From an uncultured Undibacter sp. (GTDB lineage Bacteria > Pseudomonadota > Alphaproteobacteria > Rhizobiales > Xanthobacteraceae): a DNA stretch of 50,447 nt. The DNA lies in contig CAZNTY010000390.1 of NCBI GenBank assembly GCA_964576085.1, forward strand, positions 1-50,447. The letters run 5' to 3'. The translations under genes and the position numbers were made by a program. Position 1 is the first letter of the stretch. Each line of letters opens with the position of its first letter. Shown piece by piece: positions 9,285-18,322 of the stretch. Below the pieces are notes generated by a model. It ran no database searches, was not told the origin of the DNA, and worked only from the letters and a program-made list of their open reading frames with translations.

Positions 9285-10739
9285 ATGGATGACATTGCGT
9301 TTGCAACGGCGGTCTCTCTCGCGCAAAAAATTCGCGCGAAAGAGATCGGCTGCCTGGAATTGCTCGATCACTATCTAAAACGTGCAGAGCGCTATAATCC
9401 CGAGCTCAACGCCATCATCGCGTGGCAGGTCGACAAAGCTCGCGATCGGGCGCGCCAGGCTGATGCGGCGTTGGCACGCGGTGAGTCTTGGGGCCCGCTT
9501 CACGGCATTCCAATGACCGCGAAGGAATCCTTTGATATCGAGGGATTGCCGACCACCTTCGGCAATCCCGCTTTTGCCAAGAACATCGCTACGAACAACG
9601 CGGCGCTGGTCGAGCGCGTGCTCGGCGCCGGCGCGGTGATCTACGGCAAGACCAACGTGCCGTTTATGCTGATCGACTCGCAGACCTATAACGACATTTA
9701 CGGTACGACGAACAATCCATGGGATCTCAAGCGGGCGCCGGGCGGATCATCCGGCGGCGGTGCGGTGGTCCTGGCGACGGGTCTCGCTGCGCTCGAGGCT
9801 GGCAGCGATATCGGCGGCTCGCTGCGCAACCCCGGCCATTATACGGGCACGTATGGCCACAGGACGACATACGGGGTGGTCTCTTACCGTGGACACGCCC
9901 CGCCAGGCATTAAGACTCCGACCGACATGTCCGTTGTCGGCCCGTTGGCGCGAGACGCCAGTGATCTCGCACTGGCGATGAGCGTGATGGCGGGGGCTGA
10001 CGGTCTTGCTGCTAATGCTTGGCGGGTCGAACTGCCGCCGCCACGGGCGAAGCGTCTCAAGGATTTCCGCGTTGCCGTCTGGGCCTCATCCCCTCTTTCG
10101 GCAGTGTCCGACAGTATCGTCCAACGCCTAAATGCAGCGGTTGAAGCCGTCCGTCGCGCCGGCGCGGCAGTGAACGAGACTGCAAGGCCACAATTCGATC
10201 CGGCAGAGTCGCACGCGACCTACATGAAGCTGCTGCGCGCCGCGACTTCGGCGCGCGCGCCCGATTCAGTTTTCGAGGAGCAGAAGAAGATCGCCGCGAC
10301 TGTGTCACCCGACGACCGCAGTCATCGTGCTGCGACGGCGCGTGGCGCAACGCTTTATCACCGGGAGTGGCTCGCGGCGGACGAGGCGCGTTTTCGATTC
10401 CGGCAGGCTTGGCACGATTTCTTCAAAGACTACGATGTCGTGCTGACGCCGATCGCCGCGACTCCGGCATTTCTGCATGATCAAAATCCGGATCGCGACC
10501 AGCGTAAAATGTTGGTCAATGGCAACAAGGTTGCCTACACCGACCAACTGTTTTGGGCCGGGCTGGCAACGATGCCGTATTTACCCGCCACCGCCGCTCC
10601 GATTGGCTTTGTCGACGGTCTTCCGGTCGGCATGCAGATCATCGGCGCGGAAGGCAACGACCTCACAACGATCGAATTCGCCAGACTGCTGGCGGCGGAG
10701 ATCGGCGGCTTTGTGCCGCCACCGAACTACATCTCGTGA
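9285..10739 (+). CDS. Amidase-signature family amidase
   Basis: Lys-Ser-Ser triad motifs GPLHGIPMTAKE, PGGSSGG and GSDIGGSLRNP; C-terminal GLPVGMQIIG. Confidence 0.93.
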   Translation: MDDIAFATAVSLAQKIRAKEIGCLELLDHYLKRAERYNPELNAIIAWQVDKARDRARQADAALARGESWGPLHGIPMTAKESFDIEGLPTTFGNPAFAKNIATNNAALVERVLGAGAVIYGKTNVPFMLIDSQTYNDIYGTTNNPWDLKRAPGGSSGGGAVVLATGLAALEAGSDIGGSLRNPGHYTGTYGHRTTYGVVSYRGHAPPGIKTPTDMSVVGPLARDASDLALAMSVMAGADGLAANAWRVELPPPRAKRLKDFRVAVWASSPLSAVSDSIVQRLNAAVEAVRRAGAAVNETARPQFDPAESHATYMKLLRAATSARAPDSVFEEQKKIAATVSPDDRSHRAATARGATLYHREWLAADEARFRFRQAWHDFFKDYDVVLTPIAATPAFLHDQNPDRDQRKMLVNGNKVAYTDQLFWAGLATMPYLPATAAPIGFVDGLPVGMQIIGAEGNDLTTIEFARLLAAEIGGFVPPPNYIS

Positions 10740-10851
10740 CCTGATTAGCTGGGGCCAATGTCAGGCCTCAGCTCATTTTATTGCTCCTCAATAAGATTGA
10801 CTCCTGTTCAAACCGCCCGATAGCATCCGAACTGCCATTTGGGGACTTCGC

Positions 10852-12138
10852 ATGCTCGATCGATCTGCACGGGAGACCGTCTGCGCCGCCGTTGATTCTC
10901 TCGAGGACGAGATGGTCAAGCTGGGACTTGATCTCGGCAACATCTACGCCCCGCTGGGCAAGGAAAAAGAGGCCGGCGACTACGTCTTCAACTGGATGGC
11001 AGGCAACGGATTCCGTCCGGAGCGGATTGGCGTCTATGAGGACCGCTTCAACGTCGTCGGCAGGGTGACCGGGACTGGCGGGGGCGCCAGCCTGGCCTTC
11101 AACAGCCACCTCGACACCATCATGTCGCGCGAGGATACCGCGCGCTTCACCGACGCCGCCGACCGCATTTATCACGAGACCTGGCTCGACGGTGGCAAGC
11201 TCTATGGCTATCCGCTCGTCAACTGCAAAGGGCCGATGACGTGCTGGCTGATCGCTGCCAAGGCGTTGCAAAAAGCCAATGTGCGCCTGAAGGGCGACAT
11301 GGTGCTCACCGCCGTTTGCGGTGAACTCTGCGGCGATACCGTCGACGAATTCCAGGGACACGATTATCTCGGTAACGATATCGGCACGCGTTTCGCGATC
11401 ACGCATGGCGCGCTCGCGCATTATGCGCTGGTCGCGGAAGCGACGAACTTCAAACCGGCATGGGTCGAGGCCGGAAAACTCTATGTGAAGATCACCGTCT
11501 TCGCGGGTCCGTCGCGCTACACACCTTATGTGCAGCGGCCGCAGCCAATCCTGAAAAATCCGAATGCGATCGCCCGCATGGCCAAGCTCGTCGAGGCAAT
11601 CGAAGAATGGGCGGACGGCTACGAGAAGCGCTATACGAAGAGTTACAGCGGCGGTACGGTTGTTCCGAAGGCGGTGATCGGCGCCATTCGCGGCGGCGTT
11701 CCGTTCAAAGTCTATCGTATCCCTGAGCTTTGCTCGATCTATCTCGACATCCGGCTTAATCCGGATACGCAACCGCTCGCGATCCAGGATGAGCTTGAGG
11801 CGGTCGTCCGCAAACTCGATCTGAAAGCGGAAGTACGACCGTTTCTCTACCGTCGGGGCTTCAATGCCGAGGGCATCGAGCCGCTGAGAGATTCACTCGA
11901 AACCGCGCACCAAGCGATTATTGGCAAACCGACCGAGCCCCCAGGGGCTCCCGAATGCAGCATGTGGCGCGATACGAATCCGTACAACGAGCTCGGAATT
12001 CCGTCGTTGACCTACGGCTGCGGAGCCGGAGCGGGTGGCGGCAACACGTATTTCACCGTCACTGACATGATCAAGACTGCAAAAATCTATGCGCTGACGG
12101 CGATGGAGCTGTGCAATCAAAAAGTAAGCGCAACATAA
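10852..12138 (+). CDS. M20/M25/M40-family metallohydrolase (ArgE/DapE-like) with a non-canonical metal site
   Basis: Motifs NVVGRV.G.GGG.SLAFNSHLDT, GKLYG, LVAEAT, NAIARMA, IGAIRGG and DIRL. Several canonical metal ligands are substituted (see findings). Confidence 0.85.
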   Translation: MLDRSARETVCAAVDSLEDEMVKLGLDLGNIYAPLGKEKEAGDYVFNWMAGNGFRPERIGVYEDRFNVVGRVTGTGGGASLAFNSHLDTIMSREDTARFTDAADRIYHETWLDGGKLYGYPLVNCKGPMTCWLIAAKALQKANVRLKGDMVLTAVCGELCGDTVDEFQGHDYLGNDIGTRFAITHGALAHYALVAEATNFKPAWVEAGKLYVKITVFAGPSRYTPYVQRPQPILKNPNAIARMAKLVEAIEEWADGYEKRYTKSYSGGTVVPKAVIGAIRGGVPFKVYRIPELCSIYLDIRLNPDTQPLAIQDELEAVVRKLDLKAEVRPFLYRRGFNAEGIEPLRDSLETAHQAIIGKPTEPPGAPECSMWRDTNPYNELGIPSLTYGCGAGAGGGNTYFTVTDMIKTAKIYALTAMELCNQKVSAT

Positions 12139-12199
12139 CTTCCACCCGGAGAGGGTTCACTGGGGGCGACCGGTGATCAAGGCGAAAGGGAGGAAAGTA

Positions 12200-13174
12200 A
12201 TGACGAAAATTTCTAATGTGCTGGCGAGCCTGTTGCTTGGTACGGCATTGATAACCGGCGCCCATGCCGCTGACGTCAAGACCATGTCGCTCATTACCAT
12301 GAATGACACCCCGCAGCTGCTCGAGGTCAAGGAGGGCTTGATCAAAGGTCTCGCCGACCAGGGCTATGTCGAGGGGAAGAACCTCAAGGTCGACTTCAAG
12401 AGCGCGCAGGGCAATTTTGGCACGGCGCAGCAGATTGTTCGCCAGTTCATCGGCGAAAAGCCCGACATTATCGTTACGATTACAACGCCGACCAGTCAGG
12501 CGGCGGTTGCGGCGACCAAAGACATCCCGATCATCTTCACGACGGTCACCGACCCGGTGAAGTCGAAGCTGGTGCCCCAGATAAAGCACCCCGGCGGCAA
12601 TGCCTCCGGAATTTCGGACGTGGTGCCGACGGAACTCCAGCTCAATGTCATCAAGGAAATCCTCCCGAACCTGAAAACGCTTGGTCTTGTCTACGACCCG
12701 AGCCTCGATAACGCGCGATCGACTGTTGAGAGCGTCAAAGCGGTCGCTCCACAGATGGGCTTCAAGACAGTCGAGTCGCCGGCCATGGGCATCAACAACG
12801 TGCCGGGCGCGGGGCAAGCCTTGGTAGGCAAGGTCGATGCGATCTTTGTGCCGAACGACACGACCGTCTATGGCGCATTTGAATCGCTGGTGAAGGTCGC
12901 GCAGGACGGCAAGGTTCCGATCTTCACGGCGGAACGGCGCAGCGTGCAGCGTGGTGCTGTTGCGACCGTGGGCTTCGACTTCGTCGACATGGGCCGAAAG
13001 ACAGCCGACATGGTGGTCAAGGTCTTCAAGGGAACGCCGCCCGGTGAGCAGGATGTCCAGTATATGAAGGACATTCCGGGCTCCCTTGCTCTTTATGTGA
13101 ACAAGGAGTCGGCGGAGAAGATGGGCGTTAAGTTGCCGCCCGAACTCCTCAAGCGGGCCGCTCAGGTTTTCTGA
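12200..13174 (+). CDS. ABC substrate-binding protein, COG2984 (TrpX/ABC_sub_bind) type
   Basis: Signal peptide; GYVEGKNL, AQGN, ATKDIPIIFTTVTDPV, PGGNASGISD and DAIFVPND; RBS GGGAGG upstream. Confidence 0.9.
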   Translation: MTKISNVLASLLLGTALITGAHAADVKTMSLITMNDTPQLLEVKEGLIKGLADQGYVEGKNLKVDFKSAQGNFGTAQQIVRQFIGEKPDIIVTITTPTSQAAVAATKDIPIIFTTVTDPVKSKLVPQIKHPGGNASGISDVVPTELQLNVIKEILPNLKTLGLVYDPSLDNARSTVESVKAVAPQMGFKTVESPAMGINNVPGAGQALVGKVDAIFVPNDTTVYGAFESLVKVAQDGKVPIFTAERRSVQRGAVATVGFDFVDMGRKTADMVVKVFKGTPPGEQDVQYMKDIPGSLALYVNKESAEKMGVKLPPELLKRAAQVF

Positions 13175-13193
13175 CCTTATCCAACGGCGGACA

Positions 13194-14081
13194 TTGCTTT
13201 TGAGTCTCTATGCGTTTATCGGCGCGCTCGAGACGGGATTGGCGTTTTCGATCGTTGCGTTAGGGGCATTTCTCACCTTTCGGGTGTTGAATTTTCCCGA
13301 TCTAACGGTTGAAGGCTCATTCCCGCTCGGGGCGGCCGTATGTGCCAAGCTGATGGTCAGTGGAGTCGATCCGTGGTCGGCGACATTGATCGCCTGCCTT
13401 GTCGGCTGCTTCGCCGGCTTTGCGACAGCCTTCCTCAATCTGAAGCTGCGTATCCTCAATATCCTCGCCGGTATTTTGACCGCGATCGCGCTTTATTCGG
13501 TCAATCTCCGCATCATGGATCGGCCAAATATCGGCCTGATCAACATGACGACGGTCTATACGCCGTTCGAACGCTTCGTCCCGTCACTTTGGACGCCGAT
13601 GATGCTACTTGCGATCGTCGTGGTGATCGTAAAGCTGTTGATCGACCTGTTTCTCGCGACGGGCCATGGCCTGGCGATGCGCGCAGCCGGCGCCAATGCG
13701 CGGATGGCGCGGGCAAACGGCATTCGCGATAGCCGGATGATCATAACTGGCCTCGCCATCGCCAATGCATTGACCGCGCTGAGCGGCGCATTGTTTGCCC
13801 AAATGCTCGGCGCGGCCGACGTATCGATGGGTATCGGCGTTATCGTCGTTGCGTTGGCAGGTGTTATTGGCGGCACCGCGCTAATGCCGTCGCGGCTCAT
13901 TCCCTTGTTAACGCTTGCGTGCGTGCTCGGATCGTTGCTCTATCGTCTCGCTTTGACGCTCGCGCTAAGTAGCGACGCCATTGGTCTCACGGCCTCCGAC
14001 GTCAATCTGGTGACGGCGATTCTGGTTGCCATAGCGCTGTGGATTCCAGTCAGGAAGACGGCGTCCGCGAGGCATCGATGA
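13194..14081 (+). CDS. ABC permease, COG4120 type
   Basis: Motifs FRVLNFPDLTVEGSFPLG, LYSVNLRIM and ADVSMGIG. TTG start; exact start uncertain. Confidence 0.9.
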   Translation: MLLSLYAFIGALETGLAFSIVALGAFLTFRVLNFPDLTVEGSFPLGAAVCAKLMVSGVDPWSATLIACLVGCFAGFATAFLNLKLRILNILAGILTAIALYSVNLRIMDRPNIGLINMTTVYTPFERFVPSLWTPMMLLAIVVVIVKLLIDLFLATGHGLAMRAAGANARMARANGIRDSRMIITGLAIANALTALSGALFAQMLGAADVSMGIGVIVVALAGVIGGTALMPSRLIPLLTLACVLGSLLYRLALTLALSSDAIGLTASDVNLVTAILVAIALWIPVRKTASARHR

Positions 14082-14872
14082 TTACCGTCGAGAACCTTGG
14101 AGTTGTCTTCAATCGAGGAACGGCGCTCGAGAATCGCGCGCTGCACGACATCAACCTTTCCGTCGCTCCAGGTGAATTCGTCACCGTCATCGGTTCAAAC
14201 GGCGCCGGCAAATCCACCCTCCTTAACCTGCTCGCGGGCGAGTTTGCGCCGAGCACGGGACGCATCTTTATCGGCGGAAAGGACGTTACATCTTGGCCAG
14301 TTTACCGCCGGGCCAGCATGCTCGCGCGCATGTTTCAAGATCCGCGGGCCGGTATCTGCGAAGATATGTCGATCATCGAAAATATCGCGATCGGCGCGGC
14401 CAGAACAAATCCGCGCGGGTTTGGCTTTGCGGTCGATTCGACTGTTCGCGAGAAAGCGGTCGAGCGGCTGTCGATGCTCCAGCTGGGCCTTGAGAGGCGG
14501 TTAAACGACCGCGTCGATATGTTGTCTGGCGGGCAACGCCAGGCCCTGTCGCTGATCATGGCGACACTCGGCATGACCAAGGTGTTGTTGCTGGACGAGC
14601 ATACGGCGGCGCTCGATCCCGCTGCGGCAGAGCTCGTGATGAATCTGACACGCGATATTGTGCAGAAATTTTCGATTACGACGGTGATGGTCACGCATAG
14701 TATGCGACAGGCGCTCGATTTCGGTACGCGCACCATCATGCTGCATCAGGGACAGATCATCCTTGATATTTCCGGAGCTGAGCGGGCGTCGATGACGGTC
14801 GAACGGCTCGTTGGCATGTTCCGGCGCAGGGAAGGCGCTGAAATCTCGGACGATCAGCTGCTTCTCGGCTAA
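14078..14872 (+). CDS. ABC ATP-binding protein, COG1101 type
   Basis: Motifs FNRGT.LE..AL, GSNGAGKST, FQDP, LSGGQRQAL and LLLDEHTAALDP. ATGA overlap with the permease. Confidence 0.93.
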   Translation: MITVENLGVVFNRGTALENRALHDINLSVAPGEFVTVIGSNGAGKSTLLNLLAGEFAPSTGRIFIGGKDVTSWPVYRRASMLARMFQDPRAGICEDMSIIENIAIGAARTNPRGFGFAVDSTVREKAVERLSMLQLGLERRLNDRVDMLSGGQRQALSLIMATLGMTKVLLLDEHTAALDPAAAELVMNLTRDIVQKFSITTVMVTHSMRQALDFGTRTIMLHQGQIILDISGAERASMTVERLVGMFRRREGAEISDDQLLLG

Positions 14873-14874
14873 GG

Positions 14875-15879
14875 TTATTTCGTCAGGCGACGGAAAAGCC
14901 GGCGGGGATTCTCATCGGCAATTGCGGTGATCTGTGCGGCGCCAAAGCCGGCCGCGCGCAGGCTTTCGATCGGTGTGAGGTCGGCCGGCGGGAAAGAATA
15001 GTCGGTCCCGAGCACCAGTTGCGACACTCCTGCAAAATCGCCCAGAAATTTCATTGTCTTGGGGGAATGCACGATGGTGTCGTAGACCATCGTCGCGGCG
15101 TAGGCCGATGGCGGCTTCTGCGCAACGTCGCCTTGCGCGGCCTTGTCCATGCGAGCATGCATAATATCAAAGCGGCCGGCGAGGTAGGGAAATGCACCGC
15201 CGCCATGCGCGAGCACCAGTGTCAGGGACGGAAAGCGATCCAGCACGCCTGAAAAGAGAATAGAGCCGATGCCGAGCGTCGTATCGAACGTGTAGTTGGC
15301 GATTTGGGCCAGGCCGAACTTGCCGGCGCGGGGGAACGGGACAGTCGCCACAGGGTGAATCATGACGGGAAGGTGCAACGCAACGGCGCGTTGCCAGAAC
15401 GCATTAAGATCAAACTCGCCAATGTTCTTGCCTTCGACATTTGCCGGAATCATCACCGCTACTGCGCCCAAGGATGCGGCGCGGTCCAATTCCGATGCCG
15501 CATCAGCACCGTTAGGCAGAGGCACTGAAGCGACGAAACTCATCCGTCTCGCATTTTCATCGCACCATTCGGCGAGTGTGTCGTTGAGCATGCGATGCCA
15601 AAGAACACACTGCTCGTGCGGCAGACCGTACCCGTAAATATCGGGCCATGTGGCTACGAATTGCCGATCGAGCTTTTGTGAGTCCAGCCAGGCAAAGCGA
15701 GCCTCGGCGCTCTCGACAAGCTTCGGAAAGAACGGCCTGACCTTGAATCCGTAAGAAAATGCCAATGCCGGCGTGCTGCCCGCACCATCGATGACATTCA
15801 CGCCGAGTTGGGAGCTGTCGCGCCGGGCTCGGTCGATCAGACTTCGGGGCACATAGTGAGCGTGGGTGTCGATTGACAT
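14875..15879 (-). CDS. Amidohydrolase_2 family protein, ACMSD-like (probable decarboxylase or hydratase)
   Basis: Metal motifs DTHAHY, MIHP, LAHGGG and LGTDYSF. Start taken at ATG 15879. Confidence 0.9.
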   Translation of the reverse strand: MSIDTHAHYVPRSLIDRARRDSSQLGVNVIDGAGSTPALAFSYGFKVRPFFPKLVESAEARFAWLDSQKLDRQFVATWPDIYGYGLPHEQCVLWHRMLNDTLAEWCDENARRMSFVASVPLPNGADAASELDRAASLGAVAVMIPANVEGKNIGEFDLNAFWQRAVALHLPVMIHPVATVPFPRAGKFGLAQIANYTFDTTLGIGSILFSGVLDRFPSLTLVLAHGGGAFPYLAGRFDIMHARMDKAAQGDVAQKPPSAYAATMVYDTIVHSPKTMKFLGDFAGVSQLVLGTDYSFPPADLTPIESLRAAGFGAAQITAIADENPRRLFRRLTK

Positions 15880-15904
15880 TGACCATGTGCCTCGGTTTGA
15901 AAAA

Positions 15905-16876
15905 CTACAGCCGCAGCAGGCGCTTCGCGTTGCCGCTGGCGATCTTGACCTTGTCGTCGTCGGAAATCGGTGCGTGGCCCAGCCATTCCACGCCAGGCTT
16001 GTTGTCGGCGACGAACGGCCAATCGACGGCAAACAGGATGTGATCGACTCCCATTTCCGTCATGCAACACTGGAGCGGCGCGTCGGCAAAGAACCCGCTG
16101 GTTGTGATCCAGAAATTCCGGCGGAAGATGCCACGGAAATCCAGATTTTTGCCGCCGGGGCGTCGCAACGCGGAATCAACCCGCCAACTCAGGAATGGCA
16201 ATGTTTCGCCGAGATGACCGAGGATGATCTTGAGTTTCGGGTGCTTTTCGAACACATCCGAAAGAATGAGACGAATGGCCTGCGTGGCTGCCTCAACCGT
16301 GTAGCCCCAGGCCGGCCGCGCCAAGAGCGGAAAGTCCTTGGCATAATCTTGATAATAAGCCTCCATCACACGCGGGTCAGGTGTCGATGGATGGAAATAG
16401 ATCGGCACGTCGAGAGCCTCGGCACGCTCATAGATCGGCCAGTATTTCGGCAGGTCTAGAAATTCGCCATTCGACAATCCGTGGAGCATGGCGCCCTTCA
16501 GGCCCAGCTTCGTGACGGCGCGCTCGAGCTCGTCGGCAGCCTCCTTTGCGGAGGCCGTTGTCGGCACGGCGGCAAAACCGGCAAAGCGCTTGGGATTCGC
16601 CTTAACGCGCGCAGCCAACCGGTCATTTGCAGTTCGTGTCACAGAGACGGCAATCTCGGCGGGAAGCTTCTGTGCTGACGGCGAACCGTGCGACAGCACC
16701 TGCATGTCGATGCCGGCCTCATCCATCTGCTTTATCCGGATGTCGCCGAAATCGTTAAGCCACTTATCGATTTCGAGACCCTTGGGCGCTTCCGGGCCTT
16801 TGAAATACTGGGTGACCTCAGGGTCCCAATAATGTTCCTCGATCGCAATCACCTGGCAGTTCGGCTTTGACAACAT
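15905..16876 (-). CDS. Amidohydrolase_2 family protein, gamma-resorcylate / 2,3-dihydroxybenzoate / LigW-type non-oxidative decarboxylase-like
   Basis: Motifs IAIEEHY, MDEAGIDMQVLS, YFHP, WGY, GHLGETLP, TTSG and FAVDWPF. Confidence 0.9.
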   Translation of the reverse strand: MLSKPNCQVIAIEEHYWDPEVTQYFKGPEAPKGLEIDKWLNDFGDIRIKQMDEAGIDMQVLSHGSPSAQKLPAEIAVSVTRTANDRLAARVKANPKRFAGFAAVPTTASAKEAADELERAVTKLGLKGAMLHGLSNGEFLDLPKYWPIYERAEALDVPIYFHPSTPDPRVMEAYYQDYAKDFPLLARPAWGYTVEAATQAIRLILSDVFEKHPKLKIILGHLGETLPFLSWRVDSALRRPGGKNLDFRGIFRRNFWITTSGFFADAPLQCCMTEMGVDHILFAVDWPFVADNKPGVEWLGHAPISDDDKVKIASGNAKRLLRL

Positions 16877-17225
16877 AATAAAGTTTCCTGACGTGATGAT
16901 GTGCGAGTCCAGCAGGCCTGCTACCGCCCCTCGTGGCTGCTTAGAGGGCCCGAGCCGGCACCCTGGCGCCCAAGAATGGCTTTGGCCCCGTTCCGGGCCG
17001 CCTTCGCCGATCCATCCATGGCGCCGTCGATATCGGTGCCGATATGGAGCGCAATATTTATCCTTTGCGCGACAACCCGCTTGCTCTGGAGATTCCCGGC
17101 GTAGAACATCTGGTCACCGGCGTGTCTAGCCCAACCAGGATGTGCGCCCTCATCAGGCGGCGAGAAACCGGGGATTTTCAACGTATAGTCCTGGAAGGCG
17201 GTAATTCTATATTGTTAAATTCATC

Positions 17226-17239
17226 TTGATTATTATCAA
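17226..17239. promoter_or_regulatory. Perfect FNR-consensus palindrome TTGAT-N4-ATCAA
   Basis: TTGATTATTATCAA lies in an AT-rich patch (~17200-17260) upstream of the decarboxylase pair. Confidence 0.5.
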
Positions 17240-17644
17240 AGTTCAAGCCTTATGCAAGAATGTCTTGTCTAGAAGGCCCACTCCCTGTGCGCGCCTAGGA
17301 CTGGTGGCAGTTACGCCGACGCTCGTCGCAACTTCGTGCGGCAAGGAAATTCGCTTCGCCCGGGATAACGCTACAAACGTTGTCTGAGGCAAATGGTGTT
17401 AGCCGAGGATCAGTCTGTCGAGCGCGGATAGGGGTGCAGATCGTCCGCTCGGCGTCATGATGTCCGGCGTCGTTCGTGCGAACCGGCGGGTGAAAGAAGT
17501 TAGTTGTCCGCGCACGGCGAGTCCCCCCAGGCTCGCCACGCAAATGCGAGATTCTGATTGCTGCGCAAATTTTTTCAACTGGGGCTAGGTTCTCAATAAA
17601 GATTCAAATCGAGTATTATTTATTTTGACGACGATTGCTGTCTA

Positions 17645-18298
17645 CTACAGCACGCCGAATTTTGCGAAAGCGTCCGAGACCCTTCCTCCCGCCTTAAGAA
17701 AGCGTCGAACTTCGCTCTCGCCTTGAACCTTCTCCCAGGCTGCAGTGATCACCCGTTCGGCAATGGATGCTGGAACGACCACGACCCCGTCAACGTCTCC
17801 GAAAATCAGGTCGCCAGGTGAAACATCAATTCCCCCGCACCTGATCGGCGCGTTGATTTCGACAACGTCCATGCGGCCGAGCGAGTCATAAGGTGTGAGA
17901 CCGGCGCCGAAGGTCGCAAAACCGAGACCGACGATCTCCTGATAGTCTCTGACGCCACCATCCGTCACGACACCGCGGGCCCCCCGGCTCTGCGCTGCGC
18001 TCGTCAGGAGTCCACCCCACGCGGCAGAGAGTTCGCTTGTCGCGCATTGGCTCACCAGAACCTGGCCGTCTTTCAGGCCGTCGACGACTTTCATCTCCAA
18101 TTCGAACGGTCTTGCCGGAATCTCGGTGATGGCGATGAAACGCGCAGTAACTGCTTCTCCCCATAATCGCATGGATGGCGTCAGTGGCCTGATCGTCGGG
18201 CTCATGCATTGCCGGCGCACCTCCATCGCGTCCATCACATCCATCAGGACGCTGGAAAAGCAACTCGCGAGCTTTTGATCATGCTGAAGATATCTCAT
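17645..18298 (-). CDS. RraA family protein (HMG/CHA aldolase / oxaloacetate decarboxylase-like), paralog 1
   Basis: Motifs WGGLLT, GARGVVTDGGVRD and V.PGDLIFGDVDGVVVVP. Confidence 0.9.
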   Translation of the reverse strand: MRYLQHDQKLASCFSSVLMDVMDAMEVRRQCMSPTIRPLTPSMRLWGEAVTARFIAITEIPARPFELEMKVVDGLKDGQVLVSQCATSELSAAWGGLLTSAAQSRGARGVVTDGGVRDYQEIVGLGFATFGAGLTPYDSLGRMDVVEINAPIRCGGIDVSPGDLIFGDVDGVVVVPASIAERVITAAWEKVQGESEVRRFLKAGGRVSDAFAKFGVL

Positions 18299-18322
18299 GA
18301 CACGCGCCCCGGATTGATGTCG

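Noticed and set aside
10768-11772. 334-aa minus-strand ORF
   Set aside because: Antisense shadow of the M20 gene, with no recognisable motifs; expected in high-GC DNA.
17295-17560. Possible IS or MITE remnant starting at CTAGGACTGGTGGCA
   Set aside because: I found no matching inverted end, target duplication or transposase similarity.
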